Source of the DNA: an uncultured Pseudomonadota bacterium
GTDB taxonomy: Bacteria; Pseudomonadota; Alphaproteobacteria; JACZXZ01
Assembly (NCBI GenBank): GCA_963749075.1
Contig: CAVVLJ010000016.1
Span: 896,001 to 960,000 of the forward strand
DNA length: 64,000 bases
Direction: 5' to 3'
Shown: positions 45,492 through 55,548 of the stretch, in pieces
Layout of the letters: every line of letters begins with the position of its first letter
How positions within the stretch are numbered: the stretch's first letter is position 1
Translations under genes and position numbers: made by a program
Notes under the pieces: model-generated
Told to the model about the DNA's origin: nothing
Seen by the model: only the letters and a program-made list of their open reading frames with translations
Databases searched by the model: none

Positions 45492-46308
45492 AGCCGCCGA
45501 ATATGAGCTCCCGCGCGCGGCTGTGGCCGTAGGCGCCCATGACGATGAGATCCGCTTTGAGCCTGCGGGCGGCGGCGAGCAGCGCCTCGGGGCCGCGCTG
45601 CCCTTTCGCCGCGATGGTGCGGCTCGTGGCATTGAGGCCGTGCCAGCGGAGCTGGAGCGCCACGCCCTCGGCCGCGTCCTTGTCCTGCCGGGCGCTCTCG
45701 CCGATGCTGAGCACGGCAATCTTCTTCGCCTTGCCGAGGAGCGGCATGGCAGCACTCACCGCGCGCGCCGCCTCGGCCGAATCCTTCCAGGCGACGACCA
45801 CGGTGCGGGCGATCTCCTTCGGCGGCTCCGGCGGTGCCAGGAGCAGCGGCCGTCCGCTGCCGATCAGGATGCTGCCCACCGTGCCGAGCGGCAAGCCGCG
45901 GTCCGCCGCGGGGCGGGCCAGCACGACGAGGTCGTTGGCCCGCGCGCTGAGCGTGATGCGCTCGACCGCGTTGCCCACGCTTTCGCGCCAGGCGACAGAG
46001 ACCGCCGCGGTCTTGGCCGGCGCCGTGCGCCGCTTGATGTCCTCGCGCCGGCAGAACTCGTCGAATGTCCGCCGCGCGCGCCCGAGGCGGGCCTCCTCGC
46101 GCTTCTCGAGATCGTCCAGCAGGTCGGCGGTGACGACGCCGGCAGCCATGTCGCCGGCTCCCGCCATCACGAGCGTCTCGGTCGGATCGGCGCGGCAGAA
46201 GATGACCTCGAGATGGGCGGTGAAGAGCCGGGCCACGGTCGCGGCGGTGCGGAGCGCCGGATCGTCGCTGTCGTCGCCGGTCACGGGCACCAGAATGGTC
46301 TTGATCAC
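45439..46308 (-). CDS. Universal stress protein (tandem Usp domains)
   Basis: KTILVP, DLVVL, GRPLLL, AWKDSAEAARA, DLIVMGAYGHSR..E.IFGG.T. Confidence 0.93.
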   Translation of the reverse strand: MIKTILVPVTGDDSDDPALRTAATVARLFTAHLEVIFCRADPTETLVMAGAGDMAAGVVTADLLDDLEKREEARLGRARRTFDEFCRREDIKRRTAPAKTAAVSVAWRESVGNAVERITLSARANDLVVLARPAADRGLPLGTVGSILIGSGRPLLLAPPEPPKEIARTVVVAWKDSAEAARAVSAAMPLLGKAKKIAVLSIGESARQDKDAAEGVALQLRWHGLNATSRTIAAKGQRGPEALLAAARRLKADLIVMGAYGHSRARELIFGGFTRAMLQDADLPVFALH

Positions 46309-46448
46309 GGTGCTGACATCCTCCGTCGGGGTCGCGGCACCCCGTCTATAGCGCGCGCCGCATCATTCGACAAGGTGAGCGGCATGCCGCGCGAGGCCGC
46401 GGGTGGCTGCGTCGCTTAGGCCGAATGGTGCAGGGCTGCCGGGTGATC

Positions 46449-47030
46449 TTAGGCGGGACGACGCGCTGATTTGGCCGTGCTGAGATGGCGGGCGCGTTCC
46501 TCCTCCGCTGTATCGATCGCGAGCTGGGGCGCGCGGTCGCGCATCAGCGACAAGGCCCTCTCATGGGCCTCGGGGGTCTTGGCGCCGCAGGCGTTGGCCA
46601 CGACGCGCACGAAGGCGCCGTCGTCGATCGCGGCCAGCGCCGTTGCCAGCACGCAGCAATCGGTGGAGACGCCGCAGAGCACGATCGGCGCCGTCTTTCC
46701 CGTGATCCGCTGGAGCTCCGGAATCCACTTGGAGAATTTGTGGCTGTCCACGCTTGGCGCATTGCGCCACGGCCCGGCGAGCGCCCACAGCTCGTGCTCG
46801 GGCGGCGCCGCAGCGAAACTCCATTTGCGGTAATAGTCGCTCCAGCTGCCCGCGATGTCGCCGGGCGGCACGAAGCGCGTGAAGACCGTTCGCGGAGCGA
46901 AGAGCGGCAGGAGCCCCGCGATCTTCTCCGCGACGGCCGCGAACGGCGGCGTGCACCATGGGCTGTCGCGCTCCGCGAAGACGTTCTGCATGTCGATGAC
47001 GACGAGCCAGCCGGCATCATGTGCGCCCAT
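46449..47030 (-). CDS. Cysteine hydrolase (isochorismatase family)
   Basis: LVVIDMQNVF, FTRF, GVSTDCCVLATA. Confidence 0.9.
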   Translation of the reverse strand: MGAHDAGWLVVIDMQNVFAERDSPWCTPPFAAVAEKIAGLLPLFAPRTVFTRFVPPGDIAGSWSDYYRKWSFAAAPPEHELWALAGPWRNAPSVDSHKFSKWIPELQRITGKTAPIVLCGVSTDCCVLATALAAIDDGAFVRVVANACGAKTPEAHERALSLMRDRAPQLAIDTAEEERARHLSTAKSARRPA

Positions 47031-47049
47031 CGCCGCCCTTACCCCGTGC

Positions 47050-47860
47050 TCACGAGACCCGCGAGAGGAACGCGCGCGTGCGCGAGTTCTCCGATGCGGC
47101 GAGAACCTGCTCCGGCGCACCGCTCTCGACGATGACGCCGCCGTCCATGACGGCGACCACGTCCGCCACGTCCCGCGCAAACGAGATCTCGTGGGTGACG
47201 ATGATCATCGTCATGCCGCCCGCGGCAAGCGCTCGGATGACGTTCGAGCACCTCGCCGACGAGCTCGGGGTCGAGCGCCGAGGTCGGCTCGTCGAACAGC
47301 ATGAGCTTCGGGCGCATCGCCAATGCCCGGGCGATGGCGACCCGCTGCTGCTGCCCGCCGGAGAGATGCCGCGGGTAGCTCTGCGCCTTGTCGGCGAGGC
47401 CGACCTTCTTAAGGAGCTCATGCGCCCGCTCCATGACTTCGGCCCGCGGCTCGCGCTTGATGCGCATGGGCGCGTCGGTCACGTTGCCGAGCACCGTCAT
47501 GTGGGCGAAAAGATTGAAGTTCTGGAACACCATGCCGATCTCGGAGCGCTGCCGGCAAAGCTCCCTCTCGCTGAGCTCGTGGAGCTCGCCGTCGCGCTCG
47601 CGATAGCCGATGGGATGACCGTCCACGTAGATGAGGCCGCGGTCGATGGTCTCGAGGCCGTTGATGCACCTCAGCAAGGTGCTCTTGCCGGCGCCGGAGG
47701 GGCCGAGGAGACAGACGACCTGGCTCTTCCAGGCCGCGAAATGCACGCCCTTCAGGACCAGGTTGGCACCGCGCGATTTCCAGACGTCGATGCCCTCCAC
47801 CATCGCGCGCCCCGCGGCACGATGCGATCCGGCGTCGTTCGGTTGCTCTGCCGTCTTCAC
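47050..47860 (-). CDS. Amino acid ABC transporter ATP-binding protein; +1 frameshift near 47245
   Basis: [33 protein letters not shown], then [17 protein letters not shown] in the next frame. Confidence 0.88.
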
Positions 47861-47951
47861 CGCTGCGGCCTGCCCATGCGAAGCATCGCCAATCTATCTG
47901 CGCCGCGCGGCACTCGCAAGGAGCTGCGCGCCGGCGCGCAAGCGAGCACGC

Positions 47952-48905
47952 TCAGCGCGGCAAGCCGGCCGCGGCGCGCGGGTGCCGCGCGTGCTCCGGC
48001 TCCCGCCGTGGCGAGGGAAATTGGGCGAGCAGCCATTCCTGAAAGGCAAGCGCCTCGCCGCTCGACTTCCTGTCGGCGATGACGAAGTAGTAGGCGCCGT
48101 CGGTGTGCATCACGGCGTCGACCGGCCGCACCAGGGTGCCGCGGGCGAGGAGATCGTCGGTCAAGAGGCTCCAGCCGAGTGCTATGCCCTGTCCCGCGCA
48201 GGCCGCCTGCAGCAAGAGGGGCAGGCTGTTGAATTTGATGTGCCGATGATTGGTGTTGCTGACGCCCTGGCTGGCGAACCACAGCGACCAGTCGATGAGG
48301 TTGACGCGGTTGCCGTCCAGCATGAGCAGTATCTCGCCGAGCAGCTGCTGCACGTTGCCGAGCGCCGGACGGCCGCCGAGATAGGACGGGCTGCAGACGG
48401 GAAAGGCGTCCCCCTCCCTGAGGAAGGTGGTGCTGAACCCGGGCCAGGAGCCGCGGCCGAAGGCGATGCCGACGTCCGCACGGTCGGCGACGGCGTCGAA
48501 GCCGAGGTCGGAGGCCACGATGTGGACGTCGATGTCCGGGTGGAGGGCGCGGAAGTCCGGCAGCCGGGGCACCAGCCAGAAGGTGGCGATCGCCGAGGTG
48601 GTCCCGATCATGACGGTGGGTTGGCCCGCGCTGCGGACGTCCTCCGCCGCGGTGGCGATGCATTCGAAGCTCATGGCTACGGCGCGGTAGAGCCGGCGGC
48701 CCTCGGAGGTGAGCTCGAGGCCGCGATGCTGGCGCACGAAGAGGGCAATGCCGAGCTCGAGCTCGAGCGCGCGCACCTGCTGGCTGACCGCCGCCTGGGT
48801 CACCTTGAGCTCGCGCGCGGCGCTGGTGAAGCTCAGCTGCCGCGCCGCCGCCTCGAACGCCATCAATCCGGAAAGGCGCGGCAGGCGCCTCGAAAATCCG
48901 CTCAT
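47952..48905 (-). CDS. LysR family transcriptional regulator (GcvA-like)
   Basis: LPRLSGLMAFEAAARQLSFTSAARELKVTQAAVSQQVRALE; WLVPRL; GQGIALGW. Confidence 0.94.
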   Translation of the reverse strand: MSGFSRRLPRLSGLMAFEAAARQLSFTSAARELKVTQAAVSQQVRALELELGIALFVRQHRGLELTSEGRRLYRAVAMSFECIATAAEDVRSAGQPTVMIGTTSAIATFWLVPRLPDFRALHPDIDVHIVASDLGFDAVADRADVGIAFGRGSWPGFSTTFLREGDAFPVCSPSYLGGRPALGNVQQLLGEILLMLDGNRVNLIDWSLWFASQGVSNTNHRHIKFNSLPLLLQAACAGQGIALGWSLLTDDLLARGTLVRPVDAVMHTDGAYYFVIADRKSSGEALAFQEWLLAQFPSPRREPEHARHPRAAAGLPR

Positions 48906-49004
48906 CGGGCCCCTCGGCGCTGGCGTGGAACCGGGAACGCTGGCAGATCGCAAGAATGATAGAGGAATAGTGCCCCTCGCACCCGCGGTCCAGCCCTAAG
49001 CAGG

Positions 49005-49572
<568 letters not shown>

Positions 49573-49717
49573 CGACAGCGCTTGGGTCGGCCCGCCGACG
49601 GGTCAAAGCCTAGCGCTCCACCTGGCGCAAAACCGTAAAGTCGACCTATGGGCAACATTGATTACATCCCTCGTTGTGTGTTTCAATCCAGGCTTGCAGA
49701 TGCTCTGGGGGAAGAGC

Positions 49718-50437
49718 ATGGGTGGGATGCATGAATTCCGAACCCGGTTTCCGGTGGAGGCCGGTAAGGTTGATAACGATACGGGATTGCCTAATGCGGT
49801 CACGGTCGCCTTCTGGCGTGACGTTGACAATTGGGACGGTATAGTGCCAATTGAGGAACACGTTCAACAGTGCTGCATTCGGGCCAACTTTTCAGGTAAC
49901 AAAGTGGCTCTACTGCGGGGCGAGAATCTGGGTACATCGCAGCAACCGACGAGCATTGCGAACGCCGTTGCGAGCCCAAAGACGTTGGACCCAACTCACG
50001 CTCCCCCGCCTCTACGCCACGAAGCCGAGCGATGGTTGCGCGGCATCGCATCTACTGTCGATGCGACCAGCGCCCTCACGGAATTTAAACGCCTATTCGG
50101 CTCATTCCGGCTACGAAACCATAGGATTTTTGCATTTCGAAATCCGGATAACCCTCGCAATCCTTTAGGTGTTCCAAATCTTGATATCCACTTCCGTCGA
50201 CTCGCGATACCAGGCGCGAATCCCGCCGATTATCTCATGCTCGCCTACGAGCCGGATGGCGCAGACGAGGTCCGCCAGCCCACGGCCCTCGACGCAGGCA
50301 ATGATCTCAGGAACCTGGAAATGTTCGAGCCCGGCGGCTATACACGACCCGAGGGCGGCCTTGATGGCGTACCTGAAGTCGTTACGACGCCCCCTTTGGG
50401 CCGCCAAGTGACAGTTCCGCCAAGGCAAATACGATGA
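49718..50437 (+). CDS. Island ORF1, hypothetical protein of about 239 aa (possible ADP-ribosyltransferase-like C-terminus)
   Basis: Open frame in lower-GC DNA, GGGGAAG before ATG 49718 (alternative starts 49700 and 49727), ATGA overlap with ORF2; motif PTALDAG..F.PGGYT.P.GG.DG.PEVV. Confidence 0.75.
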   Translation: MGGMHEFRTRFPVEAGKVDNDTGLPNAVTVAFWRDVDNWDGIVPIEEHVQQCCIRANFSGNKVALLRGENLGTSQQPTSIANAVASPKTLDPTHAPPPLRHEAERWLRGIASTVDATSALTEFKRLFGSFRLRNHRIFAFRNPDNPRNPLGVPNLDIHFRRLAIPGANPADYLMLAYEPDGADEVRQPTALDAGNDLRNLEMFEPGGYTRPEGGLDGVPEVVTTPPLGRQVTVPPRQIR

Positions 50438-51180
50438 CCAAGGCGCAATGGAAGGAGCTAATTCTTCGCGTGATTTTGACCGCAGGTGCGGAACCGCCCG
50501 ATCGGTCCGGGCGGACCCCATACGATCTCCTGACTGATCGGATGCGTTCTCTCGACAACGGCGATGACGAGTGGAACCGCGCACTTGGCGCCGTTGTAGA
50601 GATTGTGCGCAATCCCGACGGGGCGGATGTTCAGGCATGGCTGCGGCTCATAGGGTTGCTTGAGGAGCTTGCGCCATTGCCGCGCAAAGTTAGAGAAACA
50701 CTGGTTGGGTCGGTTGAAGCGCGCCAGCCCGCTAATTCGGATTTCCGTGCATACCTCATCCGAGTGCTTGCATCAGTAGACGCCCCAATCGATTGGGAAA
50801 GACTACGGCGAAGTGGCATTTCCGAAGAATTCTCACGCAACTCACCCCTGGTGTGGGCGGATGCACTTGTTTGTGGAAATCGCCTCGATGAGGCCTGCGG
50901 TATAGTTCGGCATCTTCTTTCGTCCGACACAGTTACCGCCGAATCTGTCGCAGAATTGCTCAGCCGTTGGAGCTACCGACTGCCAAACGATGAGACGAAG
51001 GAAATCTTCAACGATTTCCGGGATGCGGCAAAACCTGCGGAGCGTCATATATTTGACGAGTGGGCTAGACGTTCCGGACACGGGGAGTGGGCCTCGCGCG
51101 ATCCGCGGCCTCTAGCGAGGACGAGGCCGTCTCTTATGGGCGACGATGAGCGGGATTGGCTCCGGCAGGTTTCAGCATAA
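50434..51180 (+). CDS. Island ORF2, hypothetical, predominantly alpha-helical protein (248 aa)
   Basis: Long ORF overlapping ORF1 (ATGA) and ORF3; Leu/Trp-rich amphipathic helices; no catalytic motif recognised. Confidence 0.78.
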   Translation: MTKAQWKELILRVILTAGAEPPDRSGRTPYDLLTDRMRSLDNGDDEWNRALGAVVEIVRNPDGADVQAWLRLIGLLEELAPLPRKVRETLVGSVEARQPANSDFRAYLIRVLASVDAPIDWERLRRSGISEEFSRNSPLVWADALVCGNRLDEACGIVRHLLSSDTVTAESVAELLSRWSYRLPNDETKEIFNDFRDAAKPAERHIFDEWARRSGHGEWASRDPRPLARTRPSLMGDDERDWLRQVSA

Positions 51181-53834
51181 ACGCGGCCACGAGGGGATTA
51201 CCGGAAGTGCGCTCGATTTCGTTTGACGTTGACGATTTGCCGTACGGCGCGCTACTTCCGCAGCTCCTCGACGCGGTGTTCGCCTCGCTGGGGATTCTCG
51301 CTAATCGCGGCCTTGGTGGTAGCGGACTACAGGAGTTAGATCATGGAGCGATTAACGCGGCTTTCTCATTCCTGACCGATGCGCCGCGAGAGGGAATAAA
51401 CCGCCACCTAAGCTACCACGTCGGCCAAGAATTGCCCGGACTGTGGGCTGAGGGTAGCAGCACCAAAAAGCAAGCTGCACAACCGACACGCATGAGCCTG
51501 GTGATATGCAACTGGTTCGACGCAATCGATGACGCAAAGCGCTGGCGTATCCACCCGGCATCTACCGGCCGTCGACGCAGGGAGATGCCCGTGGCATTCC
51601 TTCCGTCGCCCCTGGCGATTCTGTATGACCTCCTGACTGATCCGGAGGACTCCTCCACGCGAGCGTATGCACAGGTTTCTATACGCAACATACTTCTTAG
51701 GTCATTTCGAATTGCTCCATCGGGATTCGGTCCCGCCCCTGAGGGGTGGAAAACCATGACCCCCGAGGATGTGTCAGTAGCGCTCTCAACGATTTCCACG
51801 TTTCATGCCGGGCGCGACAATATCCGGGCCGCGCGTCGTAGCGATATCGACAATTTCGTTCGGCACTTCATGGCGGCCAAGGGCATGATGCACTTTCGGT
51901 TCGGGTCTCGGGAAAACAAACCGACGGACGGTCTAAGGGATCGGTCCGAATACTGCAAACGGGGTATATTGCACCCGAAAGCGGAGTCATTTGAGTTCCG
52001 CCCTGATCCGGATTTGGCCCAAGTTCCGGGACTTTCCGACATCGAGAATGAAATTTGGGGAGTTCCTCTACCTGTCAGGGGAGCAGACACCCTCTTTTTT
52101 GGCGGCCTGCGGTTTTCGGAAACCGGTGGTCTGGTTGTTGGTGTGTCGGGCGGACCTGGGACTGGTAAGACTTCGTTTGCCCTGTCGTTGATCGGGCGGT
52201 TGGCGCCCTTAGGCACAAAAACACTTTATGTTACGGCTGAAGAGGCAAAGGAAGACCTCTACGCTCGAATTTCATCGATCGTAGCTGATAGGACAAAGCG
52301 GCTTAGTTTCGCGCCAAAATATGACAGAACGGGCAGCTCGGATTGGCTGTTCATCCGAAGCGGGAGAGATCCGAGTAACCCAGATCAAGAATTAGACCCG
52401 GAACTTCTGGTTAATTTTTTGGAGGATATCCGAACCATCAGATCGGAAACCCGGCAAGAATATGCTCCAAGTGCTCCACCTCCGCATCCGTGTAAATTAG
52501 TCGTTGTTCTGGACAATCTTCACAGTTTCGTTCCACATCTTCCGAGTCCCGACGAGAAAAATTCGCAGCACCCGCTTGAGCAAATTATCTCGGCCTGCCG
52601 TTCTATCGGTGCCCTTGTAATAGCAACCTTTGCTAAAGACTGGTGGGGGAGCGCTTGGATCGACTATCTTGTCGATACCGCGGTTGAACTTGAGTACGAA
52701 CAAACGAATGTCCGGGGCCATAAGCCGGCCCGTCTGATGATCCTGAGGAAAACGCGTCAGCAAATCTCACGGCCCGGCGCGCACGGGTTTCATATGTCCG
52801 GCAACTCAGGCTTTCGGATCACGCCGCAAATACCTTCCCAGCTGGACAGGAAGGCGATTTTTAAGAGTGTATTGCCGGATCGGGATTGGCAAATCGACGT
52901 GTTTCGGAGACCTTGCTTTCGCGATGAGTTGGCGGGCATGCCGGGTGCAATGAAGGGGACCCGAGTACCGGAATTCGATACCGCATCTCTCAATGATCAT
53001 CTGCGAATTGCTGTAAACTCTCACGTCCTCCTGCATGGCAAGGGGAGTGGTGGGAAAGCGGGGCTTGCGCTCAAAATCGCCGTCGCTCCGATCCTACCCT
53101 TTGTCCCCTTAAGCTCGGCTCACGTCAAACGTCGAAAGGTCCTTGTCATCTCTTTTCTATATCCGGAACAGTACTATTTGGACGTTAGCGATCATCTGCA
53201 TGCGTTGGCCAAGAGGGAATACGATGACGCCGGCGTCGCAGTTAGCGAACAAGCCCGCGTTGAAGTTGTTTCGCTGTATCCTGGATACATCCAGCCTGAG
53301 GACCTGTTTGATCGGATTATGAGGCGAATCGATAAAGCTGAACTAGAAGGCGAGCCCTTTACGGCAATTGTTCTCGATGGCCTCCACAACGTGGGCCTCC
53401 AGTTTCCGTTGCTCCAGGACTACCCAATGCTATGGCCGGCGCTATACGCAACACTTCGCCGAAAGAAGCTGACTGTCGTGACCACCCACACGATGATCAC
53501 GGTAGAGAGTGGTGTCAGCCATACTGAGTCGATTTCGATCGATGATCCGCGTTCATTGCCCCTTTTACAGGCGCTTGTTCAAGGGTCGGACTATGTCCTT
53601 GCTATAGACCGTGTGCCCAATCCAAAAACAAAATGGCCCGAAGACTATCAAGGAATTGGCGCAGCGATGGAAGTTCGGGTTGTCTCTGCAAATTACCAAG
53701 GAATTCCGCAAGACGAGCTGTTTTGGAGCCGAGACAAACTCGTTTTGTTTATAGACCAAGAGTCCCAACCAAAGCTCAGCTTACAAACGTCGCACGCAAT
53801 CCAAAGTCGCTCCAATTTATCAAGCCGAGAGTAG
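51156..53834 (+). CDS. Island ORF3, tandem KaiC/RAD55-like RecA-fold ATPase with an unknown N-terminal domain (892 aa)
   Basis: GADTLFFGGL, Walker A GGPGTGKT, YVTAEE, Walker B VVVLDNL, RKTR arginine finger; second domain LLHGKGSGGKA ... AIVLDGL; start codon uncertain (TTG 51156 or GTG 51207). Confidence 0.85.
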   Translation: MAPAGFSINAATRGLPEVRSISFDVDDLPYGALLPQLLDAVFASLGILANRGLGGSGLQELDHGAINAAFSFLTDAPREGINRHLSYHVGQELPGLWAEGSSTKKQAAQPTRMSLVICNWFDAIDDAKRWRIHPASTGRRRREMPVAFLPSPLAILYDLLTDPEDSSTRAYAQVSIRNILLRSFRIAPSGFGPAPEGWKTMTPEDVSVALSTISTFHAGRDNIRAARRSDIDNFVRHFMAAKGMMHFRFGSRENKPTDGLRDRSEYCKRGILHPKAESFEFRPDPDLAQVPGLSDIENEIWGVPLPVRGADTLFFGGLRFSETGGLVVGVSGGPGTGKTSFALSLIGRLAPLGTKTLYVTAEEAKEDLYARISSIVADRTKRLSFAPKYDRTGSSDWLFIRSGRDPSNPDQELDPELLVNFLEDIRTIRSETRQEYAPSAPPPHPCKLVVVLDNLHSFVPHLPSPDEKNSQHPLEQIISACRSIGALVIATFAKDWWGSAWIDYLVDTAVELEYEQTNVRGHKPARLMILRKTRQQISRPGAHGFHMSGNSGFRITPQIPSQLDRKAIFKSVLPDRDWQIDVFRRPCFRDELAGMPGAMKGTRVPEFDTASLNDHLRIAVNSHVLLHGKGSGGKAGLALKIAVAPILPFVPLSSAHVKRRKVLVISFLYPEQYYLDVSDHLHALAKREYDDAGVAVSEQARVEVVSLYPGYIQPEDLFDRIMRRIDKAELEGEPFTAIVLDGLHNVGLQFPLLQDYPMLWPALYATLRRKKLTVVTTHTMITVESGVSHTESISIDDPRSLPLLQALVQGSDYVLAIDRVPNPKTKWPEDYQGIGAAMEVRVVSANYQGIPQDELFWSRDKLVLFIDQESQPKLSLQTSHAIQSRSNLSSRE

Positions 53835-53886
53835 CGACAGAGACGAAGCAACTCAGTTGGCGAATGCATGAATTTGAGGAAAGATA

Positions 53887-54916
53887 ATGAAGAAACCGGT
53901 TGCGATCGACTTGTTTGCCGGATGCGGTGGCTTGACTTTAGGCCTTGAGCAAGCTGGTTTTCGTGTTATTGGGGCTGTCGAAATTGATTCTTTGGCTGCG
54001 ACAACATACAGAACCAACCACCCCCGTGTGTTGGTAAAGCAAATGGACATTCGGCAGCTCCCGGCAACGCAGTTACGGCGGGACCTTAAACTCCGTCGTG
54101 GGCAACTCGACCTTCTCGCTGGGTGTCCGCCGTGCCAAGGTTTCTCCACGCTGCGCACGCGCAATGGTTCGAATAGGAACAGAGACGCGCGAAACGACTT
54201 GGTTTACGAAATGCTCCGCTTCACGAGAGCGTTTCGCCCGAGAGCCATAATGATGGAGAACGTCCCCAAGCTTCAAGATCGTAAGTCATTTAAAGACCTT
54301 TGCAATGCACTTCGGCTACTCGGTTATCAGCTAAACTCCGACATCAAGGATGCGGGTCTTTACGGTGTTCCCCAACGCCGGCAACGTCTTATTCTTCTGG
54401 CCGGCCGCGGCTTCAACATACAGTTCGCGATCGAGTTCGCGCCGCTTTCGTACTGTGCGGGGAGCGATCGGTCGAATGGCGAAGCCGGGCAATAGCAAAG
54501 ACGCACTTCATAACCTCCCAGAAAAGAAACGGTCGCTGAGGGTGCGTAGGCTGATAACGGACATTCCCAAAGATGGCGGGAGCCGCGGCGACTTGCCCAA
54601 GAGACGGCAGTTGCCGTGTCACAAGAGGAGCGACGGCTTCAGCGATACGTACGGCCGCATGGCCTGGAACAAGGTGGCGCCGACCATAACAAGCGGTTGC
54701 TTTAATCCATCAAAGGGGCGTTTCCTCCACCCAGAACAAAATCGTGCCATTACTATGCGGGAAGCAGCACTCCTTCAAGGGTTCCCTCGCGATTACTCGT
54801 TCGAACTATCGCGGGGAAAGGAGGCAATAGCATTGATGATCGGCAACGCCCTCCCGCCAGAGCTCATAAGACGGCATGCGTTACAAATTCGCGCGGCCTT
54901 GAGAGAGCATAGTTAG
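53887..54916 (+). CDS. dcm: DNA (cytosine-5)-methyltransferase; +1 frameshift near 54435
   Basis: DLFAGCGG (motif I), GCPPCQGFS (IV), MENV (VI), PQRRQR (VIII), then REAALLQGFP (IX) and IGNA (X) in the shifted frame. Confidence 0.93.
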
Positions 54917-54933
54917 TTCACCGAATGTGGTAG

Positions 54934-55399
54934 GTGATGGCCAACGTTTTTTCGCGAGACAAACGCTCCGACATCATGTCGAGGGTAAAGAGCCGTGGGA
55001 ACCGAGCCACGGAGCTCCGCCTAATGCGCATATTTCGCGAGTACGGTATCCGGGGCTGGCGGCGCCACTCGGCAATTTTTGGAAACCCTGATTTTGTTTT
55101 TCCGGCAGCGCGTCTGGCTGTGTTCGTGGACGGATGCTTTTGGCATAGCTGTCCTACTCACGGCAGCGTCCCCTCCAGTAACTGTGCGTTTTGGAGTCTG
55201 GAAGCTAGACCGGAATCGGATGCGGGATCGCCAAGTGCGTCGGAAATTGTGCCGCTTAGGATGGCGCGTGCTTCGCGTGTGGCAGCACGACCTTAGAGAG
55301 CCCGATCGCGTGGTGCGCCGGGTTACCCGATCAATAGACTCGGTTGCTACTGAGCCGCGAGGCGGAAACGGGCGGCGGCGGAAAGGTCGGAGCCGGTAG
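54934..55399 (+). CDS. vsr: Very short patch repair endonuclease; +1 frameshift near 55200
   Basis: KRSDIMSRVKS, E.RL, G.PDFVF, AVFVDGCFWH.CP; then KLDRNRMRD...GWRVLRVW.HDL in the shifted frame. Confidence 0.92.
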
Positions 55400-55548
55400 G
55401 CGTCCAGGGTTTCCCCGACGTTGTCCAAGTTACAGAGTTGGTCGTGTAAGGGCGGCTTAAAGATAAAGGGCGAGGTTCTTGCCGGTCTCGAGCGGCGGCG
55501 GCGCTTGGGTTCGGAGGAGAAGGCTGGGATCGTCGCGGAGACGATGCT
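55396..55548 (+). mobile_element. IS66-like left end with a truncated TnpA (HTH_Tnp_1) fragment
   Basis: Begins GTAGGCGTCC (IS66 ends typically start GTAAGCG); encodes EVLAGLERRRRLGSEEKAGIVAET and is cut off at the repeat boundary. Confidence 0.65.

Larger units (their letters stand above)
49573..55548. mobile_element. Lower-GC genomic island between direct repeats; no integrase visible
   Basis: Abrupt drop in GC and change in codon style; all genes on + while flanks are on -; bounded by the repeats; IS66-like remnant at the right end. Confidence 0.88.

Noticed and set aside
51156-53834. Circadian clock gene kaiC
   Set aside because: No kaiA/kaiB, a degenerate second domain, an extra N-terminal domain, and an island context with dcm/vsr
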